This document shows positions 26,801 to 38,800 of a stretch of DNA of 64,000 nucleotides, piece after piece; positions within the stretch are counted from its first letter, which is position 1; every line of letters begins with the position of its first letter. The notes beneath the pieces are model-generated. The model was not told where the DNA came from. It made no database searches and saw only the letters and a list, made by a program, of their open reading frames with translations. A program made the translations under genes and the position numbers. This stretch comes from Glycera tridactyla (Eukaryota): contig OZ286459.1 of NCBI GenBank assembly GCA_965644265.1, forward strand, positions 71,052,001 through 71,116,000. Reading direction: 5' to 3'.

Positions 26801-29800
26801 GAACATTTCTGAAGTGCCATTTCAATCTATATAGGCCAATTGGTAAACTGTCAAGCACTGATTCTTGTGAATTACAGGGAGCTTGAGCTGCCACCAAGGA
26901 TTTGAAAATGGAAAGAAATCAGATTCTATATCTAGCACAACTACCTCGCAGACAGTCAGCAAAAGACTCTACTCACTACTGAGAACAGAAACCAGACGAA
27001 TTTATAACTGGTATGACTGAGTGGTGAATAGAAGTGAGACTCTGCTATGTGGAGTAAATACTAGTACGAAGATCATTCAAGCCATACAGAATCAACTGAT
27101 AACCACAATTGGTTATATGATTTGGTCATATGGTTAATAACCACAATGATGAGTGCTTTATGTAATAGACCCACCCCATTTATAATTTTCAGAAAAGCAT
27201 GTGGGTTCATGAAATACAGGTATTTCAACTGATCTCCTACTATTGTCATGAAAGATAATATTGAAATCCTGGAGCACAATAAAATCTGCTCGATGGCTGG
27301 GCAGCGGAGAGTGATATGACCGGAAAAAATGTTATCAGTTTGGCGATGGTTACCATGCAGACTAGGCCACATTTTCAACCACTTATCCAAGATAGCATCG
27401 CTAATTGAGATGCAGAGCACTAGCAAACAAGTTTCCATTGGCAAATGCATGATGGAATACGTCTCTATGAGAGTAAATGGGTCAATTGTTTCGTGTGCAA
27501 TATTTACTCTGCCGAGTACAGAGGGTAAATATTGCTGGCTTTGATGATGGTGTCGGATTCTAATGAGTATACATATAGGAAAGATTGATTGTATATGAGC
27601 GCAGCATAGTCTACGTACCTCATGATTTACATAGGCGCCAGCACTTGGCGACGTCTGAAGAGAGTTCGCCATCTGCTGTTGAATCAGCTGCTGCAAAAAT
27701 CAGAAAAACATGCTGCGTCTCAGAACTGATGTGAAATACTGTGTGCAGAGCCGAGACTCCAATAATAATTTCTGAACTATACGAGTCAACTGGTGGATCC
27801 TACTGTCACAGAATTTCGCCTCAGCTGCAAACATTTCAACTTTATATGAGAGATGCTGAAATATTCCAAGCACACAGGATAGTACTAACAGCTGCGAGAT
27901 ATAGTGCTCTCTCACAAATACACAAAACTCCTTCAATTATGGATATTCAAGATTTTTACAGCCTACATGCTGATATCTGAATGTGAGTGTACAAGCAGTG
28001 ATGTTCATCAATGTTCAGCAATGATTTTCAAGTCAAAATTAGCCTCAGTAGCCTGCATTTACCTGCAATTTGTGTGATTGTGACCTAAGATATTTTCTTC
28101 TGACGACTTCTGGTATAAGTGTTGAAAGTTGAATGACATTTTATGGATATAATTGAGACAAAGAGATGGGGAAAGCTGTTAGTGGGTATGCTGTCATCAT
28201 CTAACAAGATAATGGAAGCAATCAGAGAACAGGTGTGCCTTCTCTTTGAAGCAAGCCACTTGAAATGCCAACTCAAATTTGGCTCAGAGATTTCAAGAAA
28301 AAGAGCATCTGCATCAAGGTAAATGGGTGGTTTAACATTGACTGCTAGTAGGGCCAATCTCTTGCAGAATGGCTCGCATCCTGCGCCGCCATGGAATATA
28401 TACTTAATTGTGCAGTCTGATTAGATTATTCCTTCATTTACGATAATGGTGGAGGGATCAAGAAATGTTGATGGATGCAAGGCTAGAGTACAACTCTAAA
28501 CAAGATTCCAAGAAGTAACCTTTCGCTAGATTCAGAGGTACCCTTTAGTTTTTCGATACCAAGTGGAACAGAACCGTCATGTTTATGCCTACAAGACAAT
28601 TTATTGAATCCCCACACCAGAAATTAGGCCAATTATCTATATAATGCTGCACAGAAAAGTAGCACGAGTCCCAGAGCCTTTTCAGCAATCAAGAGCAAAT
28701 ATCCATCAGAAAAGCAGATATATCTGACAAAAACGTGACAGTGAGAAAAGCCAGCAACTGCAGTTAGGAAACTGTCATGGAAAATAAGGGCCACAATTGT
28801 AACTAATGCTCTCCCCATCAGGCCACACTCTGTGCTGATTTGGGCTTCCCATCTCCAGCCCATCGATATGGATGCACTGATGGAGCTTTCTGTGTTCAGT
28901 AATGTATATTTACTACTGTCATGAAATCAGTAGCTGTGAACCCAGTAGCCAAGATACCACATAAAATGACATATTACATCAGCAAATATAGTGTTCTTTG
29001 TCTTAAGATGGCATGTTTTTTCTTACTTGGCAATCAATGTCGAAATTGAACAGGTCATGCCAGTCATCCACCACATAATCAAGGCCACTGTAACGGCGGT
29101 CAAAATGCCATGCTTACTTCCAGCTTTTATTCCACAATAAGAAAAACTGGGTGCCTACATAAAAAACGTGTACTGCAGCACTGTGAAGTCCTTTCTTCAT
29201 TTCATCCTTCCTATATCAGATACCTTTGTTTCCACACTCTCTCCAGCCATCTTTTCGGATGATAGTGGTTCTTTTATGGGCATTGTTTGGGGGTGATGTG
29301 TGTATTTGTTTGTGAGCAATGATGAAAGGGTTGGGTAATTGGCTGCCTTCTCTGATAGCATCTCTTGTAGGAGTTCTTGTCATCAGTCATGCCGACTCAA
29401 GTTGTTATCGGTGCAAGGCAAGTTACAAGGCTTCTAAACGTCCAGATGGAGTGAGAATGGAATCAGCTTAATGTAGCGAATGATGTATTCACCGTGACTG
29501 CCACACCCTTTTCTGTAGGTATTAATGTTCTATAGTGCAGCTAACTCAATGTGACTCGTTTCTTTCTTGAAAAGCACAGTATATATCTGGCAAGTTTACA
29601 TGGTGATTTTATCTGTTGACAAGGGATTTCAAATCAAGGATTTCACTCCTCAACGTATGTGCTTTCCCTTCTCATCAATCATGAGAACAATATCCATGAA
29701 AACCCTGTGAACTGATGCAGTAACATAGAGCCGAACAATGTAGCCATACACACTTGTATACAGTAAAGAACAGGAAGCCAGAGTATGTACCTACATCATC

Positions 29801-32800
29801 ATTCTCATCTCATTACTTGCTTCTTGTTTGCTTTAGTTTGAGGAGACTGTGAATGGCTTGATCAGAACCTGATAATTTTTTCTTGCATGATTGTGCGTTC
29901 ATAGGGTCGGACCAATTACCGCTAAATTTGATGCGAATGTGTTAATTTCACGCCGAGGACACTCCCTGCCAGGAATATAGATGAATCGGGTATTCTTCCT
30001 CAAGGGCTGAATGCCTTTGTACAATACATCTTTTAGGTGGTGATTTCAAGCTATCGATCCTACTCCCCTCATGATGTAATGTGTACTGCTCGCAGTTGTG
30101 CACGATCAATAGAGGCCAATCGATGCAGACTTCCATTAACCCATGACCTGACGGCCTTCCCCGCCACCAGCCTGATGAGATATCATGGGATACTCTTTGC
30201 TTTAGCCTAGTCGTATTTAACTCTTCAACGATGGCCCAAAGCACAATCTTGACTAAATTCATCTCTATCAAAGTTAATGGAATGAAACACTTTAGCTCTT
30301 TCCCGGCATATACCCACTTATGTCAGTTGCCACTAATGCTTAGATGCCACTTTACTTGCCTGATATTAGCTGGATTAAAGTGGATTTGATGTACCCATGT
30401 CAAACTGATGAAAGTGCAAATTACCCACCAGTCGACTGACAAGAAATTTCAAACAATATCTCAAAGGCAGCAGAAGAATCCTAGATATACTTTGTTGATT
30501 CCATTCATGATACGTATAAGCCACAATAACATGAAGTAATTCTTGAAGATGGAGGCCTGTGCAAGTTAACCATTGTGCTTCCTTCTCTAATTGACTCCCA
30601 TCTCGCAGACAATCTCATTGATTTACTGCTCATATGTCTGAACCACCGAGTGACTGGCTAACCAAGGTTGATTGAGCTAATTCCTTATGGTATTCAATCT
30701 CTGACACTTTGAAGTGGGAAGTTCGTACAATGCACGCCAGAGAAGCTTTGTAACCATGGATATGAGGTTGAACTGGGCAAGACGGCTTTGTTCCTGCACA
30801 CACTGCATTGAGAGACACACAATATGGTACGAGTACCTGAATTCAAGCTAGGAATGATCCCAATATTTTCATACCTATCAATGTACAAAAGAAACTCTGA
30901 AATTCTCCAATTGTGGTTGGCAACCTTACAATTCCAACATGGCCCAAAATATTGTAACGATGCAGAGCCATCCACATCTTGCAATTCCCTGCTCTCATTA
31001 CATGAGCAAATGCAAGTGATACACATGATACTGTATCACTGTAGTATAGGGGTTTCACAGAGCAACAGCAATGAGCCAAACCCAGCTGCCTAATGTTTTC
31101 TGGGATCCATTTCACTTTACTTGTAGGAAACATTGAAAATTTCATAGATGCTATTAATTCCTACACTTTCCTACAGAATTCTATGACAACATGAAGCACA
31201 CACTCGATTTTGCCAGCGTCATATCGAAACAGCCCCTACCTGCATAGAATAATCCCTTAATAGCATTAGGCCTCCTGCTGCCTGCTAGACAGCTGATTTC
31301 ATCAATAACCCATCTTGCACGTACAAATGACTATTTTGAGATGCTAGGCTCACCCAACCCCAATTTATCAGTCATGCAACTTTTTTTATAGAAGCAGTTT
31401 CAAGATGAAATAAAGCTCCGATGGGAACAGACTGAAGGGTATTATTCTCCAAGTGTATGTGATTGCACCGTGATGAAATATCTGAATGTCACAGGCAAAA
31501 CTGTCTGCTCATGAAACATTATTGACCATTAACTATATACCTGGACCATGTATACAATTCAAACACAAAGATTTATAGAATATAACAACAGGCACCTTCA
31601 CTCTTCAGGAAAATTACTTAATCTGGTGGATAAGCTGGTCTTGCCAGACCCAAGACAGGTGTCACATTGTTGAGTGAAAGTGGTTTATGAATCTGATGTG
31701 GGTATTTGCACACACATGTAATGCACACAATGTGTCACATGTGAGGTTGGCGCCTGGACACAGTCCTGTAAGTATATCTACCAATCAATAACAATACATA
31801 TCCACTCCCAATGATGACTCCCCTCCACACTCCTCACCACCACCACCAACCCCACCCCATCCCCCAAACACTGGCAACACGAGAATATTGTCCAGCGAAA
31901 CCTTCCTATTTGTTCACACATTTCCTCTTCCCTGGAGTGCTGCCGAGGTGACAAAGCACCCCCTCCCCCACCTGTACTTGGCCAAGATGGCTGCCGCAAG
32001 AAATATTGATTGTCAACATCACGCCAGGACCACATGGGACACGTCTATATCCACGGGTGCCCACCAGCCTATTCATCAATATGATATAGCAAGTGGATGG
32101 CAAATGCATGTGTGAGATAAGTGCATCAACAACAAAAACGCATTGCATAAAACGTACCACATAGGTTGAGTGTGACAACCATTCATTGGTTTCAATCTAA
32201 GCAACAAATCTGTCCATCATATGATGGGTATGTTTCTAGATATGGTGGCTCTCAGGTATTTTTCTTTGTTTCATATAAGTTCCTAGAAAACAGTTTTTAT
32301 TTCAGATTTCAATTGCCAAGTCACTGCTTGCCCGTGCCATTTTAAAATTCTGTTCTTACAAGTGTGAATGTGTGTGTGCACATGTCCATGTGTGTTTAGT
32401 TTCCACATCAGCTCATGTGATTTTTTTTTTATGAGGCACCCACAGAAAATATTATCTTGTAAAACAATAGCATTTTAAGGCAGGGAATATCAATGCAATT
32501 GACAATAGGTTAAAATTCACCAGACAGCGCACTATATTGATTTCCATTCCTATTGGGGGAGGGACTATTTTCTGCTTTCTCTTTAGCGAGACATAAAAAA
32601 TGGACGTTATGAGCCTGACAGAAGTGCCGGAGTGCTGCAAGGTGAAAGCCTCTCAGCATGAGGCTGATTATGAGCCATCTCGCTTAGCGGTAATTAGTCA
32701 CACATTCGAGAAATGCACGCAGTAGTTGGTAAAGCAGGGAAAGAATGCCACCAGCGATGGATTGATGAATGCATCCCTAACAAGCTGCGGGAGTTCAACT

Positions 32801-35800
32801 GGAGTTCACTTCCCTGGATTAACGGCCCACCTGGAAACTAGGACATTAATCACATCGGAGAAAGGAGAACAACCATTGAGAGGATGCACCCATCACCAAT
32901 TTAAAACCTGATCTCATATTTTCCCTATTGACTGTGGACTGCCGAAGATAGAAATCATTATATGAGCCAGAAATTCTATTCTTAAAACCCATGAGAATTC
33001 AATGATATAGCCATAAGCTATTGCATGAAACAAAGATAAGGACCACACAGATCTGTAACAGTTTGGTATACCATTTATATCAAATTCAAAGACCATGAAT
33101 GATAACCGATGCCAGTGTGAGCGGTGCACCAAGAAATGCCTCTCAGAATATGGGCACTTCAGGTTTTGAAAGAGCAGCCAATAAACAGGATTCACCTAAT
33201 TTTTCCAGTCACTCTCCTAAAGACACCCTCCCCTGGCTCTAATCAGAGCACGGCAAGAAGTTCCTGAGCAGACATTACAGACCTAATGCAAGTTCATTAC
33301 ACTAACCAGTCTGTTAATTATCATGGTTTATTACCAGCTTCTCCACAGAAATTGGAAGGCATTTGAATGCACGAAAAAAATCTTGTACAAGTTCCAGACA
33401 AAATCGGTCCAAGAGAAAGCCTACTGTTACTGTGGAAAAGTTTCTTGCTGACGACTGAGCGTACACTCAATTACAAGATGAAACAATCTGATGCAAAGTA
33501 AGATTAGAAGAAATCTGATCAATTTCTGTCATGCTCCAAAACACATCTCTTGCCGTATCGGCAAATATTACTAAAAAATATCACTGATCTCCCAAACAGA
33601 ACTATAAAACCCATCTCAGAGGCAAGATTCAAATAATTTCATGCTGTGCAATTCGATGTGTATCAACTAACTTATTTTCCCCCATTGATGAGCCACAGAT
33701 TGACCAAATGGATAACACGAAATATATAGTAATTTCATATCCGGTGCTTCAGAAGGCGCCATATAAGGGTTGACAGAGAGGCATTTGCCTGATCATCAAA
33801 GCATTTCCATAACACTGCAGCCTGATTGCTGCAACAACTTAATAAAATTCGCAGCGATAACACTATATTCGCAATGTAATTAGCAGGCGAATATCACTAG
33901 TAATGAACCAATTTCCATTTTTAGCATCAGCCTAATGCTGTTGTGGCTGCAGGTGTGTAGACAGGCATTCAGCAGCAAGCACATTGCACACATAACATTC
34001 ATCAGACATGGACTTCTATCATTAGTGTCCATGAGCATCACCTCTGAATATCCTTCCTTCATCTTTGTCTTGTCTCTACAGTGAAACTTTTGATGACACA
34101 GTCAAATACAGTAAAACCTGCTATAGTGTAATCCTGTCCACAGTGAAATCCTGTCTACAGTGAAGAGAAAAATCTGGCCCGAACATTTTTTTTCCACTAT
34201 AATTGACCTGTATATAGCGAAATCCTGTCTTTTCAACAAGACAGGTTTAATGTATACCTCCTTCAAGACTGCATTTTGGTGACATTTATTGTGGTCTCTC
34301 GTCGCAGGTTACACTGTATTAAGATGCATCTGGTGTGCAAGGACCTAAACCATAGCTCCAACAAATGTTAAATATGACTACGAAAATGTTCAGGTTTGAG
34401 AAGATTATTCATAGGCAACTACATATGAGCTGAGATATTCGTGGGTAGTTTGTACTCGTATAGAGTAGAACTACTAAATCTTGTTCATCTTGTTCAGCTC
34501 TCTTCACTTACAAAATGAACACAGTTGCTCACATTTTCAATGATTAAAGAATGTGCCATTTACTGATTACTTTTTTCAATCGATCAGCATCGATCTGGTA
34601 ATGGCTTCAAAGTTATGTGCTTTTGAAACATTAAACAGTAAGTAGCTGCTGCCATGCCTACTGCTTTGGCCTGTGTCATGTGGTGACAAGGGTTTTTTAT
34701 TTCTGAGACTACGTTTCAGCGACAGCCAGGATATCACCCAGAGATACAATATCCAAATAGTTAAACCAGCTCCAGCCAAATTTCGAACTCTCATACACAT
34801 TACTTACGAAGGATATTTCGATATGTTTTGCAGACATCATCATCAGAAATGATATCTTTTGACAGTGCAACAGAACGAAAATAGCATTTTTTTATGGCAC
34901 ACACAACTGACTCATAAAACACCTGCTAGTCTATCATAACCACCTGCTTATCTCTCCACTGGATACAGATAACAATTATCCAACTGCAATGCTTCATTAT
35001 ACAATGCAAATGATGAATGCAGTATGGCGGTTCATTTCTCGGAAAAGACAATGTATTCATGATCAGATAGACGGCACACCTCCTCTATAAAACAGGACTG
35101 CCTGTCTCTGGTTTGTGAAATATTTGAATGACACTCTCTGGTTCATGTTCATTATATTCATACCCAATCTGAGTTGCTATATTGGGATCATGATTTTCTA
35201 CTTTCTTACAAGCATGCCTAACAAATAATTGGGTCATTATTTTCAAGTCATGAAGTAATAATACTGAAATTACTGTGGCTGGTTCAACGGTATCATGTGG
35301 TAATGACAGCCCTTGCATTATAGTGAAAAGAAGGCAGCAGGCAGTGGAGGCGAGACTCATCATTGTCTCTGGTTACCATGGAAATAAACGATCAGGCACA
35401 CCTGATGCTCAGGCCTCACAGCACACCTGAATACAGCTAAGCGCATATACCACATCATCATACCATTATATAGCCACACAGCAAAAAACAATTGCAGATA
35501 TGAATAGCAACCCGGTGTTTTCACCGTGACAAACTAACCCCAGCGCAAACCAACAATCACCATCTCCATGAATAAATATATGATTGGCCTTCTCCTTAGT
35601 GCACCATTTTAGCAATGTGACGTCATACTCTATATCATTCAAAATCGGAGCCATTTTTCAGTGAACCAGCTGCACCAAAGTTGCAGATTTCATCAACTAC
35701 ATTACAAAGGCAGGGCACACTGATGTGTCCATACATTACGAAGCATAGGATACGTTACAAAGTCACATGAATTTCCAGGCAATTTGCCAGAAGAGCATGC

Positions 35801-38800
35801 GTGTTCCTTACTCTTCACTATACAGTAAAACCTGTCTATAGTGAAAAGTCACGGGCCCGATTTTTCTTTTCACTGTAGACAGGATTTCACTATATACAGG
35901 TCAATTACAGTGAAAAAAAAATGTTCGGGCCAGATTTTTCTTTTCACTGTAGGCAGGATTTCACTGTGGACAGGATTTCACTATAGCAGGGTTTACTGTA
36001 GTTTCTTGGCACATAAACTGACAGGAAGGCCCATAGATTCATTATTGTTTGATCCATCAGGGCACAGAGGTTGTTACCACTGATGATGACATACCAGAAA
36101 AGTACTCAAAATATAAAGCAATGTTAAATCACAAAAAAATGTCTCATGGTTGCATAGCCCTATTCTCTATGCTGCGGTAACTGTTTTGGCATGATCAGAT
36201 CGAAAAAGCAAAACGGAGTATATAAGCAGGATGGCATGAAAAGGTATAGTATTGAGGAGCAAATGGTCTGAATAGCAGCAAATATTCACCCACTATCCCA
36301 ATGCAAGCTGCAAAACTACTGGTGATTTTGTGAGTGAGTATGATAATTCTTTATTCGAGCAAATCCTTCACAGCTATTGAATCTTTCAAGTCTGAGATTT
36401 ATTTGCACCAATGACAATCCTCACACTCTGCTCATTCACATGACTCATCAAATACAATCCACACAACAGTTAACGCTCACAAAATTATGGACTGACAAGG
36501 ACGGCTACAGGACTACATGTATCTAACCCAACTAGGACTCCCTTGTTCTTAAACAAGATTTGTTGGCCAGCTCACAGCTCTGATGATTACTTGGATTGGC
36601 CAGAATAACTGTACGCTGATGGACATTCATTTTCGTCAATTCAAGTCTTATTCTACATGGACTACTGAGGTGTGAATAGCAAGTTTGAAGTTAACTACAA
36701 TCTAATACTATATTACTCATGCATTGTTCAGGTGAACAAATTAGCATCATGCAACCATGAAATCTCCAGTCAACAGCCATATTTCTTGTCATCCAGTCAA
36801 TCTTGTTTATTTTGTTCTGTTTGTGACTACATCGTCTCACTTTCAATGATGTCTCACCATCAACCCACGTGAATTAAAAATGTTCCCATGTGACTACAAT
36901 CTTCCCTCCGGTTCATCAATATTTCACTGGCTCCAGACATCAATCATGCTACAGGCTGATACATGTTTTTTCTCCATTTAAAAGCCAAACTACAGCTAAT
37001 GACATTCTAAACTAGTAGAATTCATGTCTAAGTCTATGAAACAGGGGCCCCCATGCAAGGAAGGAGGCAGTTGCTCTCTCCGAGAGGAAGCTCGGTCCAT
37101 TTTCGACTAACATACTGAATGTATGTCCATCGTTAAGGCAAGCCAATTATGTCAACATCACTTGTCCCCAATCAACCACAGCGTCCCTAAACCAATTGGC
37201 CTGAGGCATACATAGTGAATCTGCTCCAAGTTGCTAGACTACGGCTAGAGGATAAAACTACTACATACACTATATCAATATTCTTAGAAGATCCCATACA
37301 CTCAAAAATTCATCCCCTCTTCATTTTTTCAGACACAGTCACACTCAAGCGGCATTTCGGTGTTATGTTTTCTGAGAAAACCTTAGAAATTCACCTGACC
37401 TCCATCAAAACGGACCCAGAAGTGACCATGAATTTTGCTGAAATTCGGCATGAACTCCAAACATACATTATATGTGTCTGGTGAATACAGTGGTTAGAAC
37501 CGGACTAGCACAAAAAGCGGCACGTGATCTGCTGACTCGGCACTAAATGTGAATAATGTCACATACAAGCAGTCACAGGGTTGAGTTTTGAAATGCAACC
37601 TTCCTGCCCGATCCTCAAACCAATGACCATTTTTTTGCAGTGGCAATCATCAGCCGAGGGTGCACCTGTCACTGCTGACCTCAAACTCCTACCTTAGGAA
37701 GAAATGATTATGGAACTTGGCCCAAAAAGAGTAACAACCCCCATCATGTGATGCAAGGGTTGTGTCCAAAATCTCTCCACCAAAAAAAAAAAAGAATCCC
37801 CTAGTCCACTATATACCCATCACTGCACTATGATCAGAACCACATAATTTGGTTCGGTGTTCATTTTCATATTTGATTCATTGTGCTATGATAGAGTTGA
37901 ACTAGGTGAATCCGCATTCGAGGTTGCATTTTTCATGTGTTTTCTATGCAGTTAGCAGGGATGAATTCAGGGTATTTTGCAGGATTGCAAAGCAGTATTG
38001 GTACAGGATGACCAGCATTGGGGAGGATGGCAGTAGTCTATTTGTTGAATAGATCAGAATAAATGAGAGGATTGGGAAAGTGATAATATATATCAGATAT
38101 TAGGAGAGGTAGAACATATCTTGAATGATGCTCATCAGATATATTCAAAACCAGAGGTTAGATAAGAAGACATTAGGTAAAAAATATTCCCTTCTATAAC
38201 CTACATCTACATGAATGTCCTCCTATTCACGTTAATGGAAGTAGGTGGAATAAACAGGAAGATGTCAGTTTTAAATATTTCTGGTACCAGGAATAATGGT
38301 AGCTCTTGAATTGATATCTTTCTGCCATACATGGGGTGGAGTGAGAGTTGGAGAGAAAGACAGACAGAGATAGTGAGGATTAAGTAGTCTGATCTCTAAG
38401 GAGAATATAAAGGCATTTAAATTACCTGTGTGTAGGGGTCGGAGGCGCCAATCTGGAAGTAGGGGGCAGGTTTCAATAGCAAATCACCACGGCTCAATCA
38501 GCCCACAAAATACTCACAAATCAGTGTCAATCAATTTAGAATCATGCTTGGATATCCAAACACCATATCCCAGTTGGTGTACATCATCAATTAAAAAATG
38601 GCGAGATTTCATATATTTAAATTTCATATTTCTCTTAAAGCTAATATCCTTGCCTCAGTTAAGTTTTGAATACTGCTAATATACCCATAAACCAAATGAA
38701 GAGGTTTATAAAACCATCTCGCTGAATTGAATGAGCAGCTCAATGGAGGGCAATCTTTGGGATTGAAACATTCAAATATCATATTTTTTGTGATGTGTAT

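Noticed and set aside
27073-27696. 207-aa ORF as a stand-alone gene
   Set aside because: Only the first ~24 codons are exon-like; the rest is read-through past the gtacgt donor.
28062-28110. Strong donor CAG|gtaaat upstream of the 72-nt exon
   Set aside because: Available acceptors give 22, 37, 44 or 47 nt, none frame-preserving, with poor pyrimidine tracts.
29400-31100. Hints of degraded reverse-transcriptase-like peptides
   Set aside because: Fragments are short, interrupted and not colinear enough to support.
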